Below, one piece after another: positions 1 to 8,449 of a DNA stretch of 64,000 bases. Where the stretch lies: the NCBI GenBank assembly GCA_963832745.1, contig CAWHVC010000003.1:608001-672000 (forward strand), read 5' to 3'. This DNA is from Candidatus Bathyarchaeota archaeon. Its GTDB lineage: Archaea > Thermoproteota > Bathyarchaeia > Bathyarchaeales > Bathycorpusculaceae. The translations under genes and the position numbers were made by a program. The notes beneath the pieces are model-generated. The model was not told the DNA's origin, ran no database searches, and worked only from the letters and a program-made list of their open reading frames with translations. Each line of letters opens with the position of its first letter. The stretch's first letter is position 1.

Positions 1-289
1 CATAGTCAGAATGCTGCACGGTTATTTCCTTAGCGCTCAAATAATTGTTATTTTTTGCTTCTATTACCCATTTTTCAAGTTCTTCATCAAAAATTCCTTT
101 AGTCAAAATTGGTTTGCCATCAAGCATTCTTAAGTCGCAATCAAGGCAGTATTCAAAAACGAACTCCATTTTTCGACCTTTGGAGTTTCCCTCGTCAAAA
201 TATGTTAAGTCACCTAGTTTAGAAAATAGGACATCGTCAAATTCGATAAATGAGATGCATGTTTTTTTGATAACATGTTTGTGCGTCAA
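1..289 (-). CDS. Hypothetical protein, partial (runs off the left window edge)
   Basis: Read by hand on the minus strand: TTG at 289 after GAGG, open frame MTHKHVIKKTCISFIEFDD... with no stop before the edge. Not in the ORF track. Confidence 0.4.
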   Translation of the reverse strand, partial: MTHKHVIKKTCISFIEFDDVLFSKLGDLTYFDEGNSKGRKMEFVFEYCLDCDLRMLDGKPILTKGIFDEELEKWVIEAKNNNYLSAKEITVQHSDY

Positions 290-582
290 ATTGGCTGCCT
301 CTTTGTTCGAGTTTTCATAAGTGGTTGCATTTCAAATAAGTTTAACTTTCTTAAGGGTTGCATAGAATTCGGGTTTGAAGCATAAGTCTATCGTTAGTTG
401 CACTTCAACAATTATGTTAACCTATTTTCGGTAAAACTGGCGGTTCAGGCTTAGCGCTCCAGTAAAGCTTTCATGCTAACAAACAATTATAAGGTTTAAA
501 GAGTAAAACTAGATTTGCAAAGACTGAGAAGCACGTCTCAACTTGTTTTTCTCAAATAACAGAAAATTCTAAAAAATAGGGA

Positions 583-1917
583 ATGGTGATTTTTTTGAGT
601 CAAATTAAGCGTTTTGAGCATAAGCGTTCTTCAATGCGGTTTTCTGTGAACGATTTTGGAGCCGTAGGCGATGGCGTTTCTGATGACAGCAAAGCCCTTA
701 ACGACGCAATTTCAGCCGCAGAAACTGCAGGTGGCGGTACGGTTGACTTTCAAAAAGGCGTTTACAAGTGCATGGGTGTAAAGCCTAAAAGTTTAGTGAC
801 CCTGCAGGGACGAGGTTGGGGCGAGTCAATAATTAAGGGTTTTGACAACAAAAGTGACCAAGCAATTATTGATGGAACAGGATATTACTCTCAAACCTCA
901 CCATTAACGGAATTCAATGTTTATGATCTTGAAATCGACGGCAGAGACATGAACCGTGTGGGCTATCATTATAACCGGAAAGGTATTGGAAATCAATGGA
1001 TGAAAAACTGTGTTTTCAGGAACGTTTTTGTTCATGATACGCCTGCAACCGGTATCGGTACTGATTTTATTATTAATGGGTACTTCGTGAGTTGTCTTGT
1101 AACAAAATGTGGAACCATCGGCAAAGTCGGCAATGGCATTGGAAGTAACGGGTTTGGAATAGGCGTAAGTGACGCGACAGAAGTTGTCGTGTTCAGCGGG
1201 TGTCAAGCTATTGAGATTGCAAATAACGGTTTTACTTTGGAAGCCCAAGTCACTCAGGGTGTTGGTTATGCATCAATTACTGATTGCTATACTGAACGAT
1301 GTGGGAATTCAGGATATTCAAATTCTGGCTCTAAAGGAGTAAAGATTGATGGTTGCACTGATAACGCAAGTAAATATGGCGTCTACATTAGTGCCAATGC
1401 AAATCAGCCTGGCGATCAAACAATGATTTCAAGTTGCCAATTTCTAAATCAACCAAGTCACGGGATATACTCTGATCAAGCTGAGAATAATTATCTTCAG
1501 GTAAGAGGTTCTCTGTTTGAGTCATGTGGCGGTTGTGGCATCAACAGTGTTGGAAGTTATTGCAGTTTTGTAAATAACACCTTTAAAGCCTGTAAGGACG
1601 TTACAATATTGTGCAAACCAGCAACGGGCGCTATAGGCAAGGGTTACCTTATTGCGGATAACATCATGACTGGCGGCAATTCCGTTGGTATCAAAATAGA
1701 TCCTACAGACCAACCAATTACTGGTTTACTTGTTAAGGGCAATTTAGTAATGGATTGTAAAGGTGTTGCAATTCAGGCGGTATGTAAACCGGGTGTTGAA
1801 ACTGGTAACTATTTTTCAGCAGTTATAGAAGGTAACGTTTGCTATGGTAACAAGAGTCCTCAAGTAGAGTTAATGGGTTCCTCAAGTAATCTCATAACCC
1901 GAAATAATATTGAATAA
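583..1917 (+). CDS. Right-handed parallel beta-helix protein (pectate lyase 3 / GH28-GH55-like N-terminus)
   Basis: SVNDFGAVGDGVSDDSKALNDAI motif followed by G/N/C-rich beta-helix repeats. Start may be ATG 634. Confidence 0.8.
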   Translation: MVIFLSQIKRFEHKRSSMRFSVNDFGAVGDGVSDDSKALNDAISAAETAGGGTVDFQKGVYKCMGVKPKSLVTLQGRGWGESIIKGFDNKSDQAIIDGTGYYSQTSPLTEFNVYDLEIDGRDMNRVGYHYNRKGIGNQWMKNCVFRNVFVHDTPATGIGTDFIINGYFVSCLVTKCGTIGKVGNGIGSNGFGIGVSDATEVVVFSGCQAIEIANNGFTLEAQVTQGVGYASITDCYTERCGNSGYSNSGSKGVKIDGCTDNASKYGVYISANANQPGDQTMISSCQFLNQPSHGIYSDQAENNYLQVRGSLFESCGGCGINSVGSYCSFVNNTFKACKDVTILCKPATGAIGKGYLIADNIMTGGNSVGIKIDPTDQPITGLLVKGNLVMDCKGVAIQAVCKPGVETGNYFSAVIEGNVCYGNKSPQVELMGSSSNLITRNNIE

Positions 1918-2360
1918 TTCTTAATTGCTTACTTGAGAAACGTGTTGTTTTGTAAGTTGCTGTGTAAACGCAGTAACTCGATTTTTTATGCATCAATATG
2001 TTTCAATTAAAAGGTCGGTGTAGGAGCTTTGGAATTTGATAGTAGCTACAAAACGGAAGATGCTGTCTTTGGTATTGCAAATGTTCAATCAGGCGCGTGT
2101 AGTCTTACAATTGGGTACTTTTTAAGTGACACTCAGCTTACTGTTTTACTGCCCGAATCCTGCTATTATTGTCAAAAATCAACTGTTTGTAGCCGAGAGT
2201 TTGGTTCACAAATAATTCGGAAGCTTAATGAAAAGGACAAAGGAAAAGTAACCTATTCCCTAAGGTAGACCCCAACTTTGTCTTCTGAAGTCTTGTGGCC
2301 TGAAAATGCCTAAATTTATAAGCAATCTTGGGCTCGTTATGCCTGAATGGTGCAGACTAA

Positions 2361-3506
2361 TTGCATAAACTGGCGCTTGCAGGAACATTTGCTCTTTTGC
2401 TTTTAACACTGGCAATAGTGAGTAATAGTTGTGTTTATGCTGACAGTATAACTCAGGATTCATGGATTACCCTATCACCTTCAACAGACAAAATCGTCAG
2501 CGCTGTTGGCAATATTATTGGTGCTGCCGCTTTAGATGACAAAATTTTTCTAATAGGTACCAAGTCCTGTGCAGTTTACACTTTAAGCATAAACTCTTGG
2601 GCGCCCATAGCTTCACCATCAACTTACACTTATGGACCAGTTGTGGCTTGCCAAAACAAAATTTACCTAATATGTAATTCAACACAAGTCTATAACCCGG
2701 CAACAGACACATGGGAAACCAAAACAGCCATACCTCAAGCACTCAACGGCCAAAAAGCCTGTGTTGTGGACGATAAAATCTATGTAATGAGCGGAAAAAA
2801 TCCTGCTCCTATAGGAATTGTTAATCCTTCTGACGCAAATTATGTTTATGATCCTGCCACTGATTTATGGTCCTCGCGGGAACCTGTTCCTGTGCCTGTT
2901 GCCGGACCCTCAGTTGTAGCCTTTAATAACAAAGTATATCTTGTTGGCGGTGGGGTAGGCACAAGTCTTGTTGAAAACGCAACCAATCTTGTCCAGATAT
3001 TTACTCCACAAACAAACACTTGGATTACTGGCGAACAAATGCCGACAGGAGTTATTTATTCCGCGGCTTTTTCAACCTTGCAGTTTGCGCCTGAAAGAAT
3101 TTATGTTGTTGGCGGCTCGCTGATGTATGATGGCGGCGGTTTAATGGGTGGAGACCGCAGTGAGAGTACAGCAACTAATTTGACACAGAAGTATGACTTT
3201 ATGACTGGTCAATGGTCTTTTTCAAAAACTGCTCCTTTAAACACTTTGTATTCAGCGTCTGCAACTGTAAATGAAGTTCTTTACCTCGTACAAAACGACC
3301 TTAAAATAGTACTGTATGTTCCAGAAGGCTATCAAGCAGAACTGCCAGCAATTCCCACCGCTACGCCAGGTGCTTCCGACTCATTTGTTATTATAAGCCT
3401 GATTTACTTTCTCTTGATTGCTGCTACTTTGGCAATAATTGTTATTGCTATACTGTTAAAATTGTTCAAGAAAACAGGATTAGAAGAAGACGAACAGGCG
3501 GGTTAG
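2361..3506 (+). CDS. Kelch-repeat beta-propeller surface protein
   Basis: Signal peptide, repeated KIY(V/L)..GG / YDPATD.W motifs, C-terminal TM helix with basic tail. Confidence 0.85.
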   Translation: MHKLALAGTFALLLLTLAIVSNSCVYADSITQDSWITLSPSTDKIVSAVGNIIGAAALDDKIFLIGTKSCAVYTLSINSWAPIASPSTYTYGPVVACQNKIYLICNSTQVYNPATDTWETKTAIPQALNGQKACVVDDKIYVMSGKNPAPIGIVNPSDANYVYDPATDLWSSREPVPVPVAGPSVVAFNNKVYLVGGGVGTSLVENATNLVQIFTPQTNTWITGEQMPTGVIYSAAFSTLQFAPERIYVVGGSLMYDGGGLMGGDRSESTATNLTQKYDFMTGQWSFSKTAPLNTLYSASATVNEVLYLVQNDLKIVLYVPEGYQAELPAIPTATPGASDSFVIISLIYFLLIAATLAIIVIAILLKLFKKTGLEEDEQAG

Positions 3507-4066
3507 GCTTTTTGTGCTAACTGGTTAGTCCATGCCGCAAGGGCTTCAAGCAGTTGCCTAATTAGCTTCAAGGTAACTTCGTTTGTTAGGTTGCCGTTTT
3601 CGTCAACGTTGTGTGGCGCGTCAGAAAGCATGACTTCCGGCCGATTAATTGGGTGCATATTTAAAAACACAAATGTCTGGCGCAGATGATATTGCGCGCG
3701 GGCGCCGCCAAGTCTGCCGGTTGATGCGCTCATGATGGCTACGGGTTTGCCTTCTAAGGGGTTACCAATGTTTGGTCTTGAAGCCCAATCAATCGCGTTC
3801 TTCAAAACTCCCGGTATTGAGTAGTTGTATTCTGGAGTAGCTATTAGCAGGGCGTCGGCTGCTTTTATTTTGCTTTTGAACTCAACAACTTTTTGCGTTG
3901 GCTGGTTTTCTAAGTCGGCGTTGTATGGCGGGATGCCTTCAAGGTCAAAAACTTCAATTTCCATGTTGTCAGGTTTAACTTTAACAGCTGCACGGACAAG
4001 TGCCTTGTTGTAAGAGCCTTTTCGTAGACTACCTGCGAAAGCTAAAACTTTGATTGGCTGCTCCAT
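3503..4066 (-). CDS. NAD(P)H-dependent FMN reductase (SsuE/ChrR-like)
   Basis: GSLRKGSYN, TPEYNYSIPGVLKNAIDW motifs. Confidence 0.92.
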   Translation of the reverse strand: MEQPIKVLAFAGSLRKGSYNKALVRAAVKVKPDNMEIEVFDLEGIPPYNADLENQPTQKVVEFKSKIKAADALLIATPEYNYSIPGVLKNAIDWASRPNIGNPLEGKPVAIMSASTGRLGGARAQYHLRQTFVFLNMHPINRPEVMLSDAPHNVDENGNLTNEVTLKLIRQLLEALAAWTNQLAQKA

Positions 4067-4128
4067 ATTTTTTCCTCAAAAACTTGTTAAAGTACTAAAG
4101 TAGTAGGCGGCTTAAACTGTTTTCTATT

Positions 4129-4899
4129 TTAAATGGGTTTTACTGTGATTTCTGTACCCATTTTTATCCTGTACTTTTCTGCAGCGTTTCCCCGGTTAAC
4201 AGCGATTTCAAGAAAACCGTGACTACCAATAAGAGCCATTGTGTCTTTAGGTTTTGTTTCTCCATAAGATTTTTTGAGTTTAAGTTTAAGCTGAGTGTCT
4301 TGAATTTTTATGTTTAGGTTTTCGCTTGGTACATCTGCTTTTTTCAGGTTGGTTATTATATTGCCAAATGAATCCACATGAAGAACCCTGCAGATGATAA
4401 AGTCTTTTTCATGTCTAACCTGCACAAATTCTGGCAGCACCGGTTCATCAACCCTGGGACCAAACCTTGCAGGTTTTACTCCTTTTTCAAGATGTGCCGC
4501 TGCAGGCGCAAAAACGTCTCTTCCATGGAATGTGCCAGATATTTCTGGTAGCATATACTTTGGATTAGTCAATTCGTAAATGCCCGTTATGCCTTGGCGT
4601 TCTGCAGCTAAAACCAGTAGACCGTTGTCTGGACCGATAAAGTAACCTTGTTTGGTTTCAATTAGTAGTGCGCGCCTTTTTGTGCCAACGCCTGGGTCTA
4701 CTATTGCAACGTGGATTGTTCCATTGGGAAAGCATGGGGCAGCTGAAGCCAGCATGAATGCGCCTGTTTGAATGTTAAACTTGCTTATTTCATGTGTAAT
4801 GTCCACTATCGTGGATGATGGGTTTATGCTTAGTATTACTCCTTTCATTTGTGCAACATAGGAGTCTACAAGGCCAAAATCGCTTGTTAAAGTAATCAA
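4129..4899 (-). CDS. SAM hydroxide adenosyltransferase (DUF62, fluorinase/chlorinase family)
   Basis: ITLTSDFG, VDPGVGT, TFHGRDVFAP, VDSFGN, LEIAVN motifs. Confidence 0.92.
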   Translation of the reverse strand: MITLTSDFGLVDSYVAQMKGVILSINPSSTIVDITHEISKFNIQTGAFMLASAAPCFPNGTIHVAIVDPGVGTKRRALLIETKQGYFIGPDNGLLVLAAERQGITGIYELTNPKYMLPEISGTFHGRDVFAPAAAHLEKGVKPARFGPRVDEPVLPEFVQVRHEKDFIICRVLHVDSFGNIITNLKKADVPSENLNIKIQDTQLKLKLKKSYGETKPKDTMALIGSHGFLEIAVNRGNAAEKYRIKMGTEITVKPI

Positions 4900-4905
4900 A
4901 TTTTT

Positions 4906-5193
4906 TTATCCTCCATGTACAACTGGAATAAATACTACTTCGTCGCCTTCAGAAAGCAGAGTGTCCAGTCCATTTAGAACGCTGATTTCCCGGTCATTTA
5001 CAAGAATCAACGCAGATGTTTTCATGGCGCCGTCTGTTTGCTGGTCAATAATGCTTGTTTTTATCTGCGGCTGTTCTTGAACTAATTTTTGAATCAAATC
5101 CTTTATGGAATAGTCTGCCGAGTAATCTATTGTAACTTTGGGTTTGCCTATTATATGGCGTAAGGCGCCGACAAATTTTACATTTATAGCCAT
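4906..5193 (-). CDS. MoaD/ThiS-family ubiquitin-like protein (SAMP-like)
   Basis: 95 aa, ILVND...L.EGDEV.FIP.VHGG with C-terminal Gly-Gly. Confidence 0.9.
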   Translation of the reverse strand: MAINVKFVGALRHIIGKPKVTIDYSADYSIKDLIQKLVQEQPQIKTSIIDQQTDGAMKTSALILVNDREISVLNGLDTLLSEGDEVVFIPVVHGG

Positions 5194-5259
5194 CAGTACT
5201 GCTCTCGTAAAGAGAGAGATTAAGGGTTGGTATTTAAAAATTGTTTTAATTTCAAAAAT

Positions 5260-5634
5260 TTATTGCTGATACTTTTCTTGAGTTAAGGTTTCAACTATGT
5301 CAGTTGCAACGTTAACTAGTGTGTCAGCTTGTTTCATCATTATGTCGCTGTTTACTTCTTCTACCTGTGAAAGTGCTTGCACTGTGCCTTCAAGTTCGAT
5401 TAAAAATTTAAGGATTGAATCGTTGGTTTGAGGGTTTTTTGCAACCTCTTCTCTTAGAAGGATTTCAATAAAGGCAGGCTCGCCTAGACTGTAATAGATT
5501 GCGTTTCGGGCTTTTCTTATTGCCTCCAAAACAAGGCTTGGTGCCATGTAGGGCATTTTTTGTGCTGCTTCGAGTTCAGCTTTTGCCTCCCGAAGATACC
5601 TGAAAGCCCAGCCTTTCCTATATTGATCCATCAT
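5260..5634 (-). CDS. Hypothetical helical protein
   Basis: 124-aa ORF co-oriented between rps17e and the MoaD-like gene. Confidence 0.65.
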   Translation of the reverse strand: MMDQYRKGWAFRYLREAKAELEAAQKMPYMAPSLVLEAIRKARNAIYYSLGEPAFIEILLREEVAKNPQTNDSILKFLIELEGTVQALSQVEEVNSDIMMKQADTLVNVATDIVETLTQEKYQQ

Positions 5635-5656
5635 TAAGTGTATCCAACTTGGTTGT

Positions 5657-5887
5657 TTATTCTTCTTCTATTTCGTCTTCTGACTCGATTTCTGAACCAG
5701 CTTGTGACAACGCAACTGTCCTTGTGATGTAACCTGCAACCTTGTTTCTAACACGTGTGGTTGTACCCTGTGTTAATGTGTTAACTGCTATTTTGTTTTC
5801 ATCAAAGTTGCTTGTGAATTTGCTTGGAAAGCGTGTCATGAGTTCTTTGCCGGTTCTTTTTATCTGTTCAGTTTTTACTTTTCCCAG
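5657..5887 (-). CDS. rps17e: 30S ribosomal protein S17e
   Basis: GKVKTEQIKR...F..NFDENK...RNKVAGYITR. Probable CTG start 7 nt after GGAGG. Confidence 0.92.
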   Translation of the reverse strand: MGKVKTEQIKRTGKELMTRFPSKFTSNFDENKIAVNTLTQGTTTRVRNKVAGYITRTVALSQAGSEIESEDEIEEE

Positions 5888-6019
5888 TGTGATTCCTCCG
5901 ATTATCAACGGTTTATTGTTTCTCCGACGCTTTAAAGCGTAGAAGCAACGTTTCAATAGAATAGAGGCTTAATTTAAGCTTACGCCTAGATATCGGATTT
6001 CAGGGAAGAAAAAACGGTT

Positions 6020-6811
6020 TTAGGGCGATTTATTGTCGAGTTTAATGTTAAAGAAAGTTTCAAAGTTTTTGGCGACCTGCTCAGCGACGTCGTTGACCTG
6101 CATGTTTTTGATTTCAGCAACTGCTTCCAGCACTGTTTGTATGTAGGAGGGCTTAGTTAATTGTCCACTGAACGGTTTTTTCCAGTAAGTTACTGGACCG
6201 TCGGTTTCGCTTAAAAAATTGGTTATCGGCGTTTGCTTTACAACTTCACGGATGCCGTTGGAGTAAACAACTGGTGGACCTTCAGTGATAAAGTAGCCTT
6301 GGTCTATTGCTTTGCTCAGTGTTTCCATTGGATGACTAAACCAGTGCAGCAATACGCGTTTCAAACTGTAAGACTGCAGCATTTCTACGATTTTGTCTGT
6401 TGTACCTCTTGAGTGAATGATAACTGGCAGGTCAAGTTGCTCGGCGAGATGAAGCATTTTATCAAAAACAAGCATCTGGTTTTCCCAAATGGTTTCGTAC
6501 TTGTAGTCTAAACCGATTTCTCCAATGGCTGCGAGACGTCTTTTTTGGCTTTGTTGTAGGATGAAATCTATTGTTTCTTGCAGTTCATCTTCTTTTAGAT
6601 AGTTTACGTTCCACGGGTGTATGCCAAGCGCTGGATAAATCAAGTCAGGATACTGTTCTGCAAGTTTTATGTCGTTTTGGCAGGTTCTTAGGTCCATTGA
6701 GTTTGTGACGAGCGCGGACATTCCTGCGTTTTTAGCGTCTGCTATCACTTCATCTAAATGCCCATTGTATTCTGTATCGGAAAGGTGAATATGTGCATCT
6801 ACTAGTTTCAT
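6020..6811 (-). CDS. tatD: TatD-family nuclease
   Basis: DAHIH, GIHPW, IGEIGLD, IHSR, ETDGP motifs. Confidence 0.92.
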   Translation of the reverse strand: MKLVDAHIHLSDTEYNGHLDEVIADAKNAGMSALVTNSMDLRTCQNDIKLAEQYPDLIYPALGIHPWNVNYLKEDELQETIDFILQQSQKRRLAAIGEIGLDYKYETIWENQMLVFDKMLHLAEQLDLPVIIHSRGTTDKIVEMLQSYSLKRVLLHWFSHPMETLSKAIDQGYFITEGPPVVYSNGIREVVKQTPITNFLSETDGPVTYWKKPFSGQLTKPSYIQTVLEAVAEIKNMQVNDVAEQVAKNFETFFNIKLDNKSP

Positions 6812-6960
6812 CTTTGTCAGCGCCTAATAACGTCACGACATTTTTATAACTTTTCTTATTGCCCCTTAACTCTAGCGGTAGAAGGGTAATTTAAAGAAAT
6901 AACTTACAACAAAGGTTAAATATTGCTTTAATTAGAAAAAGAGGCTGCAGAGATGTCGTT

Positions 6961-7182
6961 ATGACTGAATTAGAAATAGCTGTAGCCCCCATGCATAGAT
7001 TATGCAAGAAAGCAGGAGCAGACCGCGTAAGTGAAGCAGCAGCCAAAGAACTCGCCAAAGCCTTAGAGGAAATCGGCGTAAAAATCGCCAAAGAAGCACT
7101 CGATTTTGCAATGCACGCAGGCAGAAAAACCATCAAGTCCGAAGACATAGAAATTGCCGCCAAAAAAGTAATGGGCAAGTAA
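6961..7182 (+). CDS. Archaeal histone (HMfA/B family)
   Basis: [14 protein letters not shown]...[13 protein letters not shown] histone fold. Confidence 0.96.
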   Translation: MTELEIAVAPMHRLCKKAGADRVSEAAAKELAKALEEIGVKIAKEALDFAMHAGRKTIKSEDIEIAAKKVMGK

Positions 7183-7205
7183 GGTAACGTTCACTAGTTA
7201 ACCAG

Positions 7206-7234
7206 TTTCCCTTTCTTCTTTCTTTTTGTATTTT
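7206..7234 (+). terminator. Oligo-T/pyrimidine tract after the histone gene
   Basis: TTTCCCTTTCTTCTTTCTTTTTGTATTTT shortly downstream of the stop; typical archaeal terminator. Confidence 0.5.
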
Positions 7235-7250
7235 AACCGCTGAAAGTCTT

Positions 7251-7312
7251 TTTCAACATTTAATGGCTCAAAAAGCGCTTAACTGACCTACCCCCTATAG
7301 GTTTCTGCATAG
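7251..7312 (+). repeat. Dispersed repeat copy A, left part (split by the transposon)
   Basis: TTTCAACATTTAATGG...ACCTACCCCCTATAGGTTTCTGCATAG. Joined to 10386-10428 it matches 59277-59346 at 63/70. Confidence 0.85.
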
Positions 7313-7596
7313 GGTTCTGTTTCCTTGTCGTCTGTTTTGTCTTTCCATTGATTGCCTGTTACCATTCGTCTGCTCAACGGTTCAATAATGGATATAGCTT
7401 TTCTTGGCACAACCTCAAACGTATAAAGCGTACCATCTATGCCTTGTCCATTAACTAATTTTTTATTGCCATACGAACCATCAAAAATTTCAGTTACCTC
7501 AATAATTTTACATTTTTGTATAGGAACATCACAAGTATGAGTAGCGAAATCTCTTTCAGCAAACATTTTCCCACAATGTGAACATTTAACTAACAT
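7288..7596 (-). CDS. Passenger protein with N-terminal zinc-finger-like motif
   Basis: CSHC...HTC motif. Reads through the left TIR and stops in the target repeat. Confidence 0.6.
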   Translation of the reverse strand: MLVKCSHCGKMFAERDFATHTCDVPIQKCKIIEVTEIFDGSYGNKKLVNGQGIDGTLYTFEVVPRKAISIIEPLSRRMVTGNQWKDKTDDKETEPYAETYRG

Positions 7597-8159
7597 TTCG
7601 ATAAATCCCCAATTTCACTATCATTATCACGAATGTATTTGTTTATGATAGCCTTTTTTTTCGCTAATTTATCGTTTAATTTCTGTAATTTTTCATTTCT
7701 TTCCTTTAAAACTAAGTTTTCTTCTTCAAGAGCCTTTAGTTTTTTACCTAATCCAATTTCATCAATTAAGTTGTTAGTATCAGCCCTTTCAATATTGTCA
7801 AAGAGAGCAACGACAACATCATTCCTTCGTTTCTTTAAGGCATTTAATGTATTCATGGCAGTAATGAAGGAACTAGATAAGATGGAATCAGGTTTATTTT
7901 CTTGTTTGGAATAGAATGCAACCGTTTCATCCATAAGACATTGAACTTTAGTGTACTCTGCAATATGTTCTGCAATAATATCAGCCAATGAAAATTCTTT
8001 TTTGATAGAACGCCCAAAAAAATCTGTTCCCATTGTTCTTTCCACTATTAAAGTTCTTGCTTCAGGTTTTAGGATTAAATCTTTTTCATGGAACTTTTTA
8101 ACAAATGCGTCTACTCTTTTATAAATAGGGTCTGTATCTTCTCTTATTTCTTCAGTCAT
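7590..8159 (-). CDS. Passenger hypothetical protein with C-terminal coiled coil
   Basis: 189 aa with heptad-rich C-terminus; tightly coupled to the flanking ORFs. Confidence 0.7.
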   Translation of the reverse strand: MTEEIREDTDPIYKRVDAFVKKFHEKDLILKPEARTLIVERTMGTDFFGRSIKKEFSLADIIAEHIAEYTKVQCLMDETVAFYSKQENKPDSILSSSFITAMNTLNALKKRRNDVVVALFDNIERADTNNLIDEIGLGKKLKALEEENLVLKERNEKLQKLNDKLAKKKAIINKYIRDNDSEIGDLSKC

Positions 8160-8162
8160 TTT

Positions 8163-8339
8163 TTACACATCGGTTAATTTTTTGACTACAGCAACTCTTT
8201 TGCCGTCAATTATTTCCATTTTCCATTCAAGCTTATCATTGTCTGTCAATTCAAGAAAAGCTACTATTCCTTCGGGAACTGTTGCACGTAGAGAACTTGA
8301 GCCAGGTCTTGCTTCTGTCAGTTTGCTTTTTAAACTCAT
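8163..8339 (-). CDS. AbrB/MazE/SpoVT-like small DNA-binding protein
   Basis: 58 aa read by hand (below the ORF-track cutoff): MSLKSKLTEARPGSSSLRATVPEGIVAFLELTDNDKLEWKMEIIDGKRVAVVKKLTDV. S.R.T.P..I...L.L...D.L.W pattern. Confidence 0.8.
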   Translation of the reverse strand: MSLKSKLTEARPGSSSLRATVPEGIVAFLELTDNDKLEWKMEIIDGKRVAVVKKLTDV

Positions 8340-8361
8340 AGTATTGCCTCAACTATCAATA

Positions 8362-8442
8362 TACCTACAGGTTGTATTTATAACTACTGATTAATCAGCC
8401 AACAAGTTTATATACACATACCTGTATAGTAACCTGTAGGTA
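8362..8442. promoter_or_regulatory. Divergent promoter with a 12-bp inverted operator pair
   Basis: TACCTACAGGTT (8362-8373) and AACCTGTAGGTA (8431-8442) flank two TATA-like boxes (8377-8383, 8407-8414). Confidence 0.6.
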
Positions 8443-8449
8443 GAAACGT

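Noticed and set aside
45-320. 91-aa plus-strand ORF
   Set aside because: Ser/Phe-rich shadow of a more plausible minus-strand ORF (1-289).
2029-2268. 79-aa ORF
   Set aside because: No recognisable motif or SD; probably non-coding.
2262-2273. AAGGTAGACCCC upstream of the first Kelch gene, matching the start of repeat copy D
   Set aside because: Only 12 bp match and the rest of the core is absent. Possible remnant, but not supportable.
8182-8394. 70-aa plus-strand ORF inside the transposon
   Set aside because: Antisense shadow of the AbrB-like gene.
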